Part shown: piece after piece, positions 49,013 through 60,170 of the stretch
Numbering within the stretch: the stretch's first letter is position 1
Layout of the letters: each line of letters begins with the position of its first letter
Assembly: GCA_963667785.2 (NCBI GenBank)
Contig: CAXXMU010000006.1
Span: 960,001 to 1,024,000 of the forward strand
Length of the DNA stretch: 64,000 nt
Reading direction: 5' to 3'
Origin: Alphaproteobacteria bacterium
GTDB taxonomy: Bacteria; Pseudomonadota; Alphaproteobacteria; UBA828
Notes under the pieces: model-generated
Databases searched by the model: none
What the model was told of the DNA's origin: nothing
Seen by the model: only the letters and a program-made list of their open reading frames with translations
Translations under genes and position numbers: made by a program

Positions 49013-50025
49013 TGGCCAAGGTGAGAGGCACCGGCCTCGCGGCCGTGAACTATCCGACCGGCATGCATCTCGGCGGCGATCCCACCCAGTCGCTGATCCA
49101 CATGACGCCGGCCGGCGACTTCGTCGTCACCATGGCGAGCGTCGACCTCGGCCAGGGGCTGCGCACCGTGCTGGCGCAGATTGCGGCCGAGACCCTGGGC
49201 GTTCCCTACGAGAGCATCGTGGTGGAGACCGCCGATACCGACACCGGCCCCCATTGCACCGGCACCTTCGCGAGCCGCACCACCCACCGCGCCGGCAACG
49301 CGGTGGTGATGGCGGCGCAGGAGGCGCGCACGGCGATGCTCGAGGCGGCCGGCGAGCTGCTGGAAGCGAGCCCGGAGGATCTGGAGACCGATGGCGCCGG
49401 CAACATCCACATCAAGGGCGTGGCCGGGAAGTCGGTATCGGTCGGCGAGGTGGCGGGCGCCGCCCACTTCGCCTTCGGCAAGACCATCGCGGGGCGCGGC
49501 GCCTACCTCAAACCGCCGAGCCCGATGGACCCGGAGACCGGCGCCTGCGATCCGGATTCGACCCAAGCGCACGCCTGCACCGTCGTCGAGGTCGAGGTCG
49601 ATACCGAGACCGGGATGGTCGAGGTGCTCGACGTCAAGGCCGTCTACGAGGTGGGGCAGCAGGTGAATCCCGACCTGGTGAAGGGCCAGATCGTCGGCGG
49701 GGCCTGGATGGGCATAGGCCATGCCCTCTACGAGACCACCGCGCCCGGCTATCCGGCGATCGATCCGGCGCCGGTGGACTTCCAGAACTACCTCCAGCCC
49801 GGCGCGCACGAGACGCCCGAGATCACCTGCGAGGTCCTGGAGTTCCCGGCCGACAGCGGCCCCTACGGCGGCAAGGGCGTGGGCGAGATGGTGACCAACG
49901 GCCCGATCCCGGCGATCGTGAACGCCATCAACAACGCGCTCGATGTCCGCATCACCGAGATCCCGGTGACGCCCGAGGTGGTGCTGCGCGCCATCGAAGA
50001 GAAGCAGGCCCAGGCCGAAGGCTGA
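49012..50025 (+). CDS. Xanthine dehydrogenase family molybdopterin subunit, C-terminal part
   Basis: DLGQGL, TFASR, GQIVGG, GKGVGE; TGATG coupling. Confidence 0.9.
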   Translation: MAKVRGTGLAAVNYPTGMHLGGDPTQSLIHMTPAGDFVVTMASVDLGQGLRTVLAQIAAETLGVPYESIVVETADTDTGPHCTGTFASRTTHRAGNAVVMAAQEARTAMLEAAGELLEASPEDLETDGAGNIHIKGVAGKSVSVGEVAGAAHFAFGKTIAGRGAYLKPPSPMDPETGACDPDSTQAHACTVVEVEVDTETGMVEVLDVKAVYEVGQQVNPDLVKGQIVGGAWMGIGHALYETTAPGYPAIDPAPVDFQNYLQPGAHETPEITCEVLEFPADSGPYGGKGVGEMVTNGPIPAIVNAINNALDVRITEIPVTPEVVLRAIEEKQAQAEG

Positions 50026-50054
50026 TCGCGCCGCGCCTGCCCGAGCAGGGGCCC

Positions 50055-51152
50055 GTGCCCGGCGTCCTTTCAGACGGGCTCTCGCGAGGCCGGGCCGACG
50101 GGGCCCTGCGGTTCGCCCCCGCATGCGTCGTTGCGTGCGCCGTCGCCTGCACCCTGCTGCTGTCTGCCTTCTGGCCGAGCGCCGCCGCTTCCGACGACCG
50201 GGGCGGGCACAGCATCGCGACGCCGCTGCGCATCGTGAACCTCAACCCGTTTCATCTCCTCTACGGCGTGCCCGGCTCCTTCGGCACGCCCGTGCTGGCG
50301 CCGGGCTCGTCGCAATTGATCGCGGCGCTGGACATGGCGTCCCACCTGCGCGTGGGCGATTCCGGCGCGGAACAGGTCATGATCGACGGGGAGACCTACA
50401 GGCAGTCGCTCACCCTGCGGCAGGGCTTGGGCAACGGCTGGGAGTATCTGCTGGACCTCGCCTTCGTTTCGCACAGCGCCGGCCACTTCGACCGCTTCAT
50501 CGAGGACTGGCACAGCGCGTTCGGACTGCCCCAGGGCAACCGGGACACCACGCCCCGCAACCGGCTGGCGCTCTCCTACGCACGTGACGGCGTGACTCAT
50601 GTCGACATCGACAGCGGCGTCTCCTCCCTCGGCGACGTGAGCCTCGGCGTCGGCTATGCGGTGCCGAATCCGCCGTTCAACAACGACGGCATGACGGTGA
50701 GGGGCGCGCTGAAGCTTCCCACCGGCGACGAAGCGGACCTCACCGGATCGGGCGGACTGTCGCTCGCCACCTGGGCGGAAACCTCGGGCGCCCTCTTCGA
50801 CTCAGCCGCGTCGCGCGAGTGGCTCTACAGCGCCACGCTGGGCCTGCTCGCCGGCGAGGCGCCGCGCAACCTGCCGGGAATCGGCGAGCGGTTCATCGCC
50901 TTCGGGCGCTTCGGCGTGACCTGGCAGCTTCTCTCCGACTTCAACCTGACGACGCAGCTCGACGTTCACTCCTCGCCCTATGGCGGCTCCGCCCTCGCCC
51001 CGCTCTCGGACCCGGTCGTCATGATCGGGCTCGGGGGGTCGTGGACCTTCAGCGAGAACACGACGCTGGAGATCGCCGTCACCGAGGACGACGGCACCTT
51101 CCATGCCACACCCGACACCGGCCTGCATGTCGCGCTGAGCTGGAGGCTGTAG
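50055..51152 (+). CDS. DUF3187 family outer-membrane-type protein (start uncertain)
   Basis: Signal peptide, NLNPF, IDGE, FDRFIEDWHSAFGLPQG, LKLPTG. Confidence 0.75.
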   Translation: MPGVLSDGLSRGRADGALRFAPACVVACAVACTLLLSAFWPSAAASDDRGGHSIATPLRIVNLNPFHLLYGVPGSFGTPVLAPGSSQLIAALDMASHLRVGDSGAEQVMIDGETYRQSLTLRQGLGNGWEYLLDLAFVSHSAGHFDRFIEDWHSAFGLPQGNRDTTPRNRLALSYARDGVTHVDIDSGVSSLGDVSLGVGYAVPNPPFNNDGMTVRGALKLPTGDEADLTGSGGLSLATWAETSGALFDSAASREWLYSATLGLLAGEAPRNLPGIGERFIAFGRFGVTWQLLSDFNLTTQLDVHSSPYGGSALAPLSDPVVMIGLGGSWTFSENTTLEIAVTEDDGTFHATPDTGLHVALSWRL

Positions 51153-51188
51153 CGCCGGGCAAGGGCCCCTGCCGGCCCAAGGCCGGGG

Positions 51189-51228
51189 GCGTCACGACGC
51201 TGTCACCCGGCTGTCTGACGGCCGTAAC
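51189..51228 (+). promoter_or_regulatory. Tandem Pho boxes upstream of phoX
   Basis: Four CTGTCAT-like heptamers at 11-bp spacing: GCGTCAC, CTGTCAC, CTGTCTG, CCGTAAC. Confidence 0.75.
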
Positions 51229-51310
51229 CGGCCGAGGCTATCCCGGCCCGTGCCTGCAGCGCGCACGCGCGGCGCGGGCCCGGACACGGAGCGTCGTTCG
51301 ACCACGGGAG

Positions 51311-53224
51311 ATGGACATGCGCGATCACGCGGTGGCCGCACGGGACGCGGTCTCACAGGGCGATGCCGGCGGGCACGACGGCCGGCACGCGGCGCCCACC
51401 GACTTCGAGCGCCTGGCCGAGAGGGCGATCTCGCGGCGCGGTTTCCTCCGCGGCAGCGCAGCCTGCGGGGCGGTCGCGTTCGTGCTGGGTGCCGGCGCCA
51501 TGGGCGCGCTGCCGGCGCGCGCCGGGGGCACAGGTCTCGCGTTCACGCCGGTCGCCGCCAACGGGCTCGACACGATCACCCTGCCGGAGGGCTTCGGCTG
51601 GCACGTGGTGGCGCGCTGGGGCGATCCGCTCTGGTCAGACGGCGCGCCGTTCGACCATGCGACGCGCGGAACCGGCGCGAGCCAGGAAAGAGCCTTCGGC
51701 GACAACAACGACGGCATGGCGCTCTTTAGCGACGGCACAAGCAGCGTGCTTGCCGTGAACAACGAGTACACCAACCTCGCTATCGCCTTCGCCAACCGTG
51801 AGTCGGGGAAGACCGAGACCGAGGACGACGTGCGCAAGTGCAAGGCCGCGCACGGCGTCTCCATCGTCGAGATCGCCCGGGCCGACGGCACCTGGCGGAT
51901 CGTCCAGGATTCTCCCTACAACCGCCGCATCACCCCCGACACGCCGATGCGGATCACGGGCCCCGCGCGCGGCCACGACATGATGAAGACCGCGACCGAC
52001 CCAGCCGGAACGACGGCGCTCGGCACCTGGAACAACTGCGGCAACGGGCGCACGCCGTGGGGCACCTATCTCGCCTGCGAGGAAAACTTCAACGGCTACT
52101 TCTCGTCGAGCGATCCGGACGTCGCCCTTCCCGACGGCTTCAAGCGCTACGGCATCAAGGCGGAAGACTGGGGCTACGGCTGGGCGATGACGGACGAGCG
52201 CTTCGACGTCTCCAGGCACCCCAACGAGCCGCACCGCGCCGGCTACGTCGTCGAGATCGACCCGCTCGATCCTGCATCCACGCCGAGGAAGCTGACGGCG
52301 CTCGGCCGCTTCAAGCACGAGAACGCGGAGGTGACGCTCGCCGCCGACGGCCGGGTCGTGGTCTATCTCGGCGACGACGAGCGGGGCGAGTTCCTCTATC
52401 GCTTCGTGAGCGACGGCGTCTACGCGGAAGGCGGCGACAGCGCCGGCCTGCTGGAAAGCGGCACCCTCTCGGTCGCGCGCTTCGCCGACGACGGCCGCGG
52501 CGAGTGGGTCGCGCTCACGCCCGAGACGACCGGCATGGCATCCCAGGCCGAGATCTGCATCCACACCCGCCAGGCTGCGTCCGCGGTGGGTGCCACGACC
52601 ATGGACCGGCCCGAATGGGTCGCGGTCAATCCGGGCAAGGCCGAGGCCTATTGCTGCCTGACCAACAACAAGAACCGCGGGGTCAAGCCCAATGCGGGCG
52701 GCGATCCGACGCCGGTGGGCGGCCCCAACCCGCGGGAGAAGAACAAGTACGGCCAGATCGTCCGCTGGGCGCCGGAAGGCGGCGACCACGCGGCCGAGAC
52801 CTTCGCCTGGGACCTCTACGTGGTGGCGGGCAACCCCACCGTTCATGCCGACGCGCGCGCCGGTTCCGCCAACGTGAATGCGGGCAACATGTTCAACTCG
52901 CCGGACGGCCTCGCCTTCGACAGCCAGGGCCGGCTCTGGATCCAGACCGACGGCACGTACTCGAACGAGGGCGACTTCGCCGGCCAGGGCAACAACGTGA
53001 TGCTGGTCGGTGACCCCGCCAGCGGCGAGATTCGCCGCTTCCTCGTCGGCCCCCGCGAATGCGAGGTCACCGGGATCGCCTGGAGCGTCGATCGCACCAC
53101 CCTCTTCGTCGGCATCCAGCACCCCGGCGAGAAGGGCGACAGCCATTTCCCCGAGGGCGGCGACGCCGCGCCGCGCTCCGCCGTCGTGGCGATCACCCGC
53201 GACGACGGCGGCGTGATCGGCTGA
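51311..53224 (+). CDS. phoX: PhoX alkaline phosphatase (Tat-exported)
   Basis: SRRGFL Tat motif, NNDGM, NCGNGRTPWGTYLACEEN, GRFKHE, MDRPE, SPDG, IQHPG. Confidence 0.95.
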   Translation: MDMRDHAVAARDAVSQGDAGGHDGRHAAPTDFERLAERAISRRGFLRGSAACGAVAFVLGAGAMGALPARAGGTGLAFTPVAANGLDTITLPEGFGWHVVARWGDPLWSDGAPFDHATRGTGASQERAFGDNNDGMALFSDGTSSVLAVNNEYTNLAIAFANRESGKTETEDDVRKCKAAHGVSIVEIARADGTWRIVQDSPYNRRITPDTPMRITGPARGHDMMKTATDPAGTTALGTWNNCGNGRTPWGTYLACEENFNGYFSSSDPDVALPDGFKRYGIKAEDWGYGWAMTDERFDVSRHPNEPHRAGYVVEIDPLDPASTPRKLTALGRFKHENAEVTLAADGRVVVYLGDDERGEFLYRFVSDGVYAEGGDSAGLLESGTLSVARFADDGRGEWVALTPETTGMASQAEICIHTRQAASAVGATTMDRPEWVAVNPGKAEAYCCLTNNKNRGVKPNAGGDPTPVGGPNPREKNKYGQIVRWAPEGGDHAAETFAWDLYVVAGNPTVHADARAGSANVNAGNMFNSPDGLAFDSQGRLWIQTDGTYSNEGDFAGQGNNVMLVGDPASGEIRRFLVGPRECEVTGIAWSVDRTTLFVGIQHPGEKGDSHFPEGGDAAPRSAVVAITRDDGGVIG

Positions 53225-53324
53225 GCCTTCTGCCGGGCCGCCACGGCGTGGCGGCCCGGTTCGGCCGCAGTTGACCGGCACGGCTAAGTCGGTAGTATTG
53301 GTCCGACCGGTCTTGCAGATGAAC

Positions 53325-53524
53325 CCCGCGGGAGAGTTCGCGCGGCCGTGCCGCGCGGCGCCGAAGGAGCAAGCGTCCCGGAAACTCTCAGGCACCAGGG
53401 ACCGCGGGGGGATGCGACTCTGGAAAGCAGGCGGCAGCCGCGACGCCGCCTCACCGACGGGGTAAGCCGGCGGCAGGCTATCGGCCGCCCGGTTAATCTC
53501 TCAGGTTCCGAGACAGAGGGGGCA
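53325..53524 (+). ncRNA. Tandem glycine riboswitch
   Basis: GGGAGAG...CCGAAGGAGCAA...AAACTCTCAGG and CTGGAAAG...CCGACGGGGTAA...AATCTCTCAGG upstream of gcvT. Confidence 0.95.
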
Positions 53525-53578
53525 CCGGACGATCCCGCGCGGGATCGTGCCCCTGTCTGTGCGTGCCTGGGAGAAGCC

Positions 53579-54697
53579 ATGAGCGACGACGCCGGCGACG
53601 TCACCCTCGCCCGGACTCCGCTCTACGACGAGCACCGCGCCCTCGGCGCCACGCTGGTGGGGTTCGCCGGCTACGCCATGCCGGTGCGCTATCCGGCCGG
53701 CATCATGGCGGAGCACACGCACGCCAGGACCGCCGCCGGCCTCTTCGACGTCGCCCACATGGGCCAGGTCAGGCTCGGAGGCGCGGACGCGATCCCGGCC
53801 CTCGAGCGCCTGGTGCCGGGGGACATCGCCGGGCTCGCCTCCGGCGCCATGCGCTACACCCAGTTCACCAGTGACGACGGCGGCATCCTCGACGACCTGA
53901 TCGTGACCCGGATCGACGGCGGACTCCTGCTGGTGGTCAACGCGGCCTGCAAGGAGGCGGACCTCCGGCATCTGAACGAGAGGCTCGAGGGTGACGTGGC
54001 CCTCGAGGTGCTCGCCGAGCGCGCGCTGATCGCATTGCAGGGGCCGCAGGCGGCGGCGGTGCTGGAGCGCCATGCGCCGGGATGCGCCGGGCTCGGTTTC
54101 ATGACCGCAGGCCGGTTCACCATCGGCGGTACGGACGCCCTGATCTCGCGCTCGGGCTACACCGGCGAGGACGGCTTCGAGATTTCGCTGCCCACAGACG
54201 AGACGGCGGCGTTCTGGCGGGGACTCACGGCGGAGCCCGAGGTTGAGCCGGTCGGCCTCGGCGCCCGCGATTCGCTGCGCCTTGAGGCCGGGCTCTGCCT
54301 CTACGGCCACGACATCGACGAGACCACCTCGCCGGTCGAGGCCGGGCTCGCCTGGTCGATCGGCAAGCGCCGCCGGGCGGAGGGCGGCTTCCCCGGCGCG
54401 GAGCGGATTCGGCGCGAGCTGGCCGAGGGCCCCCGGCGGCGGCGCGTCGGCATCCGCCCGGACGGCCGGGCGCCGGCGCGCGAGGGCACAGCCGTGCTGG
54501 ACGCGGAGGGGACCACGATCGGCGCAGTCACCAGCGGCGGCTTCGGGCCGACCGTCGGCGGGCCGGTCGCCATGGGCTACGTCGCGGCGGAGGCCGCCGA
54601 GGCCGGCAGGCCGGTGTCGCTGCCGGTGAGGGACAAGCCCCGGCCGGCGACCATCGTCAAGCTGCCGTTCGTCCCCCACTCCTATCACCGACCGTGA
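53579..54697 (+). CDS. gcvT: Glycine cleavage system T protein
   Basis: [36 protein letters not shown]. Confidence 0.97.
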   Translation: MSDDAGDVTLARTPLYDEHRALGATLVGFAGYAMPVRYPAGIMAEHTHARTAAGLFDVAHMGQVRLGGADAIPALERLVPGDIAGLASGAMRYTQFTSDDGGILDDLIVTRIDGGLLLVVNAACKEADLRHLNERLEGDVALEVLAERALIALQGPQAAAVLERHAPGCAGLGFMTAGRFTIGGTDALISRSGYTGEDGFEISLPTDETAAFWRGLTAEPEVEPVGLGARDSLRLEAGLCLYGHDIDETTSPVEAGLAWSIGKRRRAEGGFPGAERIRRELAEGPRRRRVGIRPDGRAPAREGTAVLDAEGTTIGAVTSGGFGPTVGGPVAMGYVAAEAAEAGRPVSLPVRDKPRPATIVKLPFVPHSYHRP

Positions 54698-54710
54698 GCG
54701 AGAGGTTTCC

Positions 54711-55094
54711 ATGAGCGGGCTCAAGTACAGCAAGGACCATGAATGGGTGCGGGTCGATGGCGATGTCGGCACCGTCGGCATCTCGGACTACGCCCAGGAG
54801 CAGCTCGGCGACGTGGTCTATGTCGAGCTGCCGGAGGTCGGCAGGACCGTCGCCCAGAACGAGGAGGCGGCGGTGGTCGAATCGGTCAAGGCCGCGAGCG
54901 AGGTCTATGCGCCGGTCTCCGGCGAGGTCGCCGAGGTCAATCAGGCGCTGGAAGACGACCCGGCGCTCGTGAACGGCGATCCGACCGGCGCGGGATGGTT
55001 CCTCAAGCTCCGGCTGAGCGCGCCCGGCGAGCTCGACGGGCTGATGGACGAGGCGGCCTACGCCGACTACGTCTCCGGGCTCGGCGACGACTAG
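54711..55094 (+). CDS. gcvH: Glycine cleavage system H protein
   Basis: [26 protein letters not shown] lipoyl motif. Confidence 0.97.
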   Translation: MSGLKYSKDHEWVRVDGDVGTVGISDYAQEQLGDVVYVELPEVGRTVAQNEEAAVVESVKAASEVYAPVSGEVAEVNQALEDDPALVNGDPTGAGWFLKLRLSAPGELDGLMDEAAYADYVSGLGDD

Positions 55095-55181
55095 TCACGT
55101 CGCTGCGGCCGGCGGCAACAGGGTCTTGCGGAACGCGGCGACGACAAGCCGGCGTCCGCCGACGGGGAGGGAGCGATCGCG

Positions 55182-58076
55182 ATGACGGCACACGACGGTT
55201 CATTGACGGCTCTGGAGCAGGCTGACGCCTTCGTCGGCCGGCATATCGGCCCGCGCGAGGACGATCTCGCGGCCATGCTCGAGACCGTCGGCTACGACTC
55301 TCTCGACTCCCTCATGGACGCGGCGGTGCCGGAAGCGATCCGTGCCCGGATTCCGGAGGACTTCCCCGAAAGCCGCACGGAGCCGGACGTGCTGGCGGCG
55401 CTGGCGGCGCTGGCCGGGCAGAACCGCGTCGCGCGCTCCATGATCGGCCTCGGCTACCACGACACGATCACGCCGCCCGTCATCCAGCGCAACATCCTGG
55501 AGAACCCCGGCTGGTACACCGCCTACACCCCCTATCAGCCCGAGATTTCCCAGGGCCGACTGGAGGCGCTGCTCAACTTCCAGACCATGGTGATGGACCT
55601 CACAGGGCTCAACTGCGCCAACGCCTCGCTGCTGGACGAGGCGACGGCGGCGGCCGAGGCCATGCACATGAGTCACGGCATCGCCAGGAACGGCAGTGAC
55701 CGCTTCTTCGTCTCCGACGCCTGTCTGCCGCAGACCATCGCGGTGGTGCGGACCCGCGCCGACGCCATCGGCATCGAGGTGGAGGTGGGCGATCACCGCG
55801 CAGGCCTCCCTGAGGGCCCCTTCTTCGGCGTGCTGCTGCAATACCCCGAGACCGGCGGCGACGTGCCCGACTATGGCGGGATCGTCGAACAGGCGCACGC
55901 GCAGGGTGCGATCGTCACGGTCGCGGCGGACCTGCTCAGCCTCGTCCTGCTGACGCCGCCCGGCGCGTTCGGCGCCGACATCGCGGTCGGCAGCTCGCAG
56001 CGCTTCGGCGTCCCCCTCGGCTATGGCGGGCCGCACGCCGCCTACTTCGCCACCCACGAGAAGTACCGTCGCGCCATGCCGGGCCGGATCGTCGGCGTCT
56101 CGGTCGACAGCCGCGGCCGCCAGGCGCTCCGGCTCGCGCTCCAGACCCGCGAGCAGCACATCCGGCGCGAGAAGGCGACCAGCAACATCTGCACGGCGCA
56201 GGTCCTGCTCGGCGTCATCGCCGGCATGTATGCGGTCTATCACGGCCCGGAGGGGCTCACGCGGATCGCGCGCCGCGTCCACCGCCTCGCGGACATCCTC
56301 GCAGACGGGCTCGCGCGAATGGGCTTCGCGATCGAGAACGGGAGTTGGTTCGACACCCTCACGGTCCGCGCGCCCGGCGAGGCGGAAGCGATCCTGAGCC
56401 GGGCCGAGGCCGCCGGCTACAACCTGCGGCCGATCGACGGCGACCGCCTCGCCATCGCCTGCGACGAGACCACCACGAGAGCCGACATCGAGGCGGTGTG
56501 GCGCGCGTTCGCCGGCGGCGACGCCGATGTCGACGTGGCCGCGCTGGACGGCGAGGCCCGGTGCGGGCTGCCCGAGGGCCTCGCGCGCGAAACCCCCTTC
56601 CTCGAGCACCCGGTGTTCAACCTCTACCACGCCGAGACGGAGCTGCTCCGCTACATGCGACGTCTCGAGGGCAAGGATCTCACTCTCAACCAGGCCATGA
56701 TCCCGCTCGGCTCCTGCACCATGAAGCTCAACGCGACCGCCGAGATGATGCCGATCACCTGGCCCGGCTTCGGCGCCATCCACCCCTTCGCGCCCGCCGG
56801 GCAGACGGCCGGCTACCGCGAGCTCGTCGCCGGACTGGAAGGGATGCTGAGCGCCGTCACCGGCTTCGCCGCAGTCTCGCTCCAGCCCAACGCGGGCAGC
56901 CAGGGGGAGTATGCCGGGCTGCTGGTGATCCGCCGCTATCACGAGAGCCGCGGCGAGGGCCGCCGCAACGTCTGCCTGATCCCGAGCTCCGCCCACGGGA
57001 CCAACCCGGCGAGCGCGGTGATGGCCGGGATGACGGTGACCGTCGTGGCCTGCGACGACGACGGCAATGTCGACCTCGCCGACCTGCGCGCCAAGGCCGA
57101 GGCCCATGCGGACGACCTGGCGGCGCTGATGATCACCTACCCCTCCACGCACGGCGTCTTCGAGGAATCGATCGTCGAGATCTGCGAGGTCATCCACCGC
57201 AACGGCGGCCAGGTCTACATGGACGGCGCCAACCTCAACGCCCTGCTGGGGCTGAGCCTGCCCGGGCAGTTCGGCCCGGACGTGGCGCACCTCAACCTGC
57301 ACAAGACCTTCTGCATCCCTCACGGCGGCGGCGGGCCGGGGGTGGGGCCGATCGGCGTGGCGGCCCACCTCGCGCCCTTCCTGCCGGGCCATCCGCTGGT
57401 GCCGGAGTCAGGGCCGGCGGAAGGGATCGGCCCGGTCTCGGCGGCGCCCTGGGGCTCGGCCGGGATCCTGCCCATCTCCTGGGCCTACATCGCGATGATG
57501 GGGCGCTCGGGCCTCACGCGGGCGAGCCAGGTGGCGATCCTCAGCGCCAACTACATCGCCAGGCGTCTCGCCGATCACTATCCGGTGCTTTACACCGCCG
57601 CGAGCGGGCTGGTCGCGCACGAGTGCATCATCGAGATGCGGCACCTGAAGAAGAGCGCCGGCGTCGAGGTCGACGATGTGGCCAAGCGCCTGATGGACTT
57701 CGGCTTCCACGCGCCGACCATGTCCTTCCCGGTCGCCGGCACGCTGATGATCGAGCCGACCGAGAGCGAATCGAAGGCGGAGCTGGACCGCTTCTGCGAC
57801 GCGATGATCGCGATCCGCCGGGAGATCGCGGCGATCGAGGAGGGCCGCGCGGATGCCGCCGACAACCCGCTCAAGAACGCGCCCCACACCATGGACGACA
57901 TCGCCGACGACGCGTGGGAGCGCGGCTACAGCCGGGCCGACGCGGTCTTCCCCGCAGACGGCCTCAGGCAGGCCAAGTACTGGCCGCCGGTGAACCGGAT
58001 CGACCAGGTCCACGGCGACCGCAACCTGATCTGCGCCTGCCCGCCGCTGGAGAGCTACCAGGAGGCCGCGGAGTAG
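55182..58076 (+). CDS. gcvP: Glycine dehydrogenase (decarboxylating)
   Basis: [44 protein letters not shown]. Confidence 0.97.
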   Translation: MTAHDGSLTALEQADAFVGRHIGPREDDLAAMLETVGYDSLDSLMDAAVPEAIRARIPEDFPESRTEPDVLAALAALAGQNRVARSMIGLGYHDTITPPVIQRNILENPGWYTAYTPYQPEISQGRLEALLNFQTMVMDLTGLNCANASLLDEATAAAEAMHMSHGIARNGSDRFFVSDACLPQTIAVVRTRADAIGIEVEVGDHRAGLPEGPFFGVLLQYPETGGDVPDYGGIVEQAHAQGAIVTVAADLLSLVLLTPPGAFGADIAVGSSQRFGVPLGYGGPHAAYFATHEKYRRAMPGRIVGVSVDSRGRQALRLALQTREQHIRREKATSNICTAQVLLGVIAGMYAVYHGPEGLTRIARRVHRLADILADGLARMGFAIENGSWFDTLTVRAPGEAEAILSRAEAAGYNLRPIDGDRLAIACDETTTRADIEAVWRAFAGGDADVDVAALDGEARCGLPEGLARETPFLEHPVFNLYHAETELLRYMRRLEGKDLTLNQAMIPLGSCTMKLNATAEMMPITWPGFGAIHPFAPAGQTAGYRELVAGLEGMLSAVTGFAAVSLQPNAGSQGEYAGLLVIRRYHESRGEGRRNVCLIPSSAHGTNPASAVMAGMTVTVVACDDDGNVDLADLRAKAEAHADDLAALMITYPSTHGVFEESIVEICEVIHRNGGQVYMDGANLNALLGLSLPGQFGPDVAHLNLHKTFCIPHGGGGPGVGPIGVAAHLAPFLPGHPLVPESGPAEGIGPVSAAPWGSAGILPISWAYIAMMGRSGLTRASQVAILSANYIARRLADHYPVLYTAASGLVAHECIIEMRHLKKSAGVEVDDVAKRLMDFGFHAPTMSFPVAGTLMIEPTESESKAELDRFCDAMIAIRREIAAIEEGRADAADNPLKNAPHTMDDIADDAWERGYSRADAVFPADGLRQAKYWPPVNRIDQVHGDRNLICACPPLESYQEAAE

Positions 58077-58091
58077 CGCACCCGGCACGCC

Positions 58092-58646
58092 CTACCGGTT
58101 GGCGCCGGGGACCCAGAGCGTGTCGGTGGCGCCGTCGTCGTTGAGGTGGCGGGCCAGCACGAAGAGGTGGTCGGAGAGCCGGTTGGCGTAGACCACCGCC
58201 AGGGGATTCACGGGCTCGGTCTCCGCGAGCGCGGTGATCAGCCGCTCGGCGCGGCGCACCACCGTGCGCGCGAGATGCAGCGCCGCCGCAGCCCGGCTGC
58301 CGCCGGGCAGGACGAATGACTCGAGCGGCTGCAGGCGCTCGTTCAGCGCGTCGATCTCGCTCTCCAGCCGGTCGACCTGCGCCTGGGCGATGCGCAGGCC
58401 CTCGTCCAGCGGCCCCGGCCGGCAGAGATCCGCACCGAGGTCGAAGAGGTCGTTCTGGATGCGCTCCAGCATCGCGTCGGCCGCCCCCGCCGTCTCCAGA
58501 CGGGCGAGACCGATGGCCGCGTTGGCCTCGTCCACCGTGCCGTAGGCGTCGACCCTCGCATGGTGCTTCTTCACGCGCGCGCCGCCGCCGAGCGAGGTCT
58601 CCCCCGCATCGCCGCCGCGGGTGTAGATCCTGGTGAGCCGGACCAT
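58092..58646 (-). CDS. PduO-type cob(I)alamin adenosyltransferase
   Basis: IYTRGGDAGET, YGTVDEAN, QNDLFDLGADL, RTVVRRAER, NRLSD. Confidence 0.93.
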   Translation of the reverse strand: MVRLTRIYTRGGDAGETSLGGGARVKKHHARVDAYGTVDEANAAIGLARLETAGAADAMLERIQNDLFDLGADLCRPGPLDEGLRIAQAQVDRLESEIDALNERLQPLESFVLPGGSRAAAALHLARTVVRRAERLITALAETEPVNPLAVVYANRLSDHLFVLARHLNDDGATDTLWVPGANR

Positions 58647-58651
58647 GCGGC

Positions 58652-58846
58652 CTACTTCTGGACGACGAAGACCAGCAGCGCGAGCAGCGCGATCGCCGCG
58701 AACTGGAGGCCCACCCGCCAGCGCATGAAGACGTTGCTCTTGCTCTTCTTGCCGCCGGTGTACATCGCGCCGAGCCCCATCACGAGCACGACCACGACCG
58801 CGCCCATCAGGACGTAGACGGCGATCTCGAGAACGTCGGCCAGCAT
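58652..58846 (-). CDS. HIG1-like twin transmembrane small protein
   Basis: SNVFMRWRVGLQ flanked by two TM helices. Confidence 0.85.
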   Translation of the reverse strand: MLADVLEIAVYVLMGAVVVVLVMGLGAMYTGGKKSKSNVFMRWRVGLQFAAIALLALLVFVVQK

Positions 58847-59011
58847 GGCGCACCTCGCGGCCCGGCGCCCGCCCGGCACAGGCGGGGCCCTCAGGGCGGT
58901 ATCGCGCGTTATAGCGCGTCGCGTGCGCGCTGCCCACGGCCTTGGCGGATGGCCCTATAGTGGCCGAGACCCTCGTCGGAGGAACCGAACCCAGAGAGGA
59001 GCGGGCGAGCC

Positions 59012-60043
59012 ATGACGCAGACGAGCTGGCGCAATCGCAAGACCCTGATCCTGAGCCGCAGCGAAATGATCGGCCTGCTGGAGCCCGAGGAGTACGTCCG
59101 CTGCGTGGAAACCGCCTTCCGCCGCATGGGAGAGGGGCGGGTCTACATGGAGCCCAAGGGCCATATCGTGCTCGACCAGTATCCCGGCGAGTGGGAGATC
59201 ATGCCGTCCTACATCGAGGAGCCGGAGGCTGCGCCCGCCGCTGCCGCCTGCAAGTGGGTCTCCATCCGCTTCGAGAACCGCGCCAGGTTCAATCTCCCCA
59301 CCGTGTTCTCGATCCTGATCTACACGGAGCCGGAGACCGGATTTCCCCTCGCCATCGTGGACGGCACCCACCACACCCTGATGCGGACCGGGGCCTCCGG
59401 CGCCGTCTCCGCCAAGTGGATGGCACGGGAGGACTTCTCCGTGCTCGCGCTGGTCGGTGCCGGCGACGTGAACACCGGCGCCTTCCGCACCTGCGTCGCG
59501 ACGCATGACTGGAAGGAGGTCCGGGTCTGGAGCCGGACCCGGGCGACGCTGGATGCCTTCATGGCGAGCGAGCAGCCGAACCACCCCGATCTCGCGATCT
59601 CGCCCTCGACCGTGCTCGAGGACGTGGTGCCGGGCGCCGACGTGGTGGTCACCGGAACCACGGGCGAGACGCCGGTGCTCGGCAACGCGCTGATCGAGGA
59701 CGGCATGCATATCGCGGCCCTCGGCGGCGGCCTCGCCGGCACGCAGGAGCTCGACGTCGCCATCCTGCGGCGCGCGCGCATCATCGTCGACGACATGCGC
59801 CAGTGCATCACCGACGGCGAGATCAACGTGCCGCTGACCAGGGGCGAGCTCCAGGAGAGCGACGTGGCGGGCGACATCGGCGAGGTGATCACGGGCAAGA
59901 TCCCCGGCCGCACCTCGGCGAGCGAGGTCACGCTCTTCGATTCGACGGGGATCGCGCTCCAGGACTCAGCGACGCTGCCGCTCGAATACGAGCGGGCCAT
60001 CGCGGCGGGCGTCGGGATCGAGAAGAAGATGATCTCGACCTGA
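59012..60043 (+). CDS. Ornithine cyclodeaminase/mu-crystallin family protein
   Basis: MRTGASGA, VGAG, FDSTGIALQD. Confidence 0.9.
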   Translation: MTQTSWRNRKTLILSRSEMIGLLEPEEYVRCVETAFRRMGEGRVYMEPKGHIVLDQYPGEWEIMPSYIEEPEAAPAAAACKWVSIRFENRARFNLPTVFSILIYTEPETGFPLAIVDGTHHTLMRTGASGAVSAKWMAREDFSVLALVGAGDVNTGAFRTCVATHDWKEVRVWSRTRATLDAFMASEQPNHPDLAISPSTVLEDVVPGADVVVTGTTGETPVLGNALIEDGMHIAALGGGLAGTQELDVAILRRARIIVDDMRQCITDGEINVPLTRGELQESDVAGDIGEVITGKIPGRTSASEVTLFDSTGIALQDSATLPLEYERAIAAGVGIEKKMIST

Positions 60044-60170
60044 GCGCTGCCGGAGCGACGCCTCGTCCGGTAGCGGCGACGGGCGCGGACGCGCGTGGTC
60101 GTGCCTTGTGCGGGCCGGGGGCGACGGCCATCATCGGCGCGTCACGTCACAGCCAGCGGAGAAGCCGAGA

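Noticed and set aside
49000-49020. Frameshift or recoded stop splitting the molybdopterin subunit
   Set aside because: A TGATG overlap with an upstream AAAGG RBS-like sequence indicates two genuine coupled genes, a known architecture
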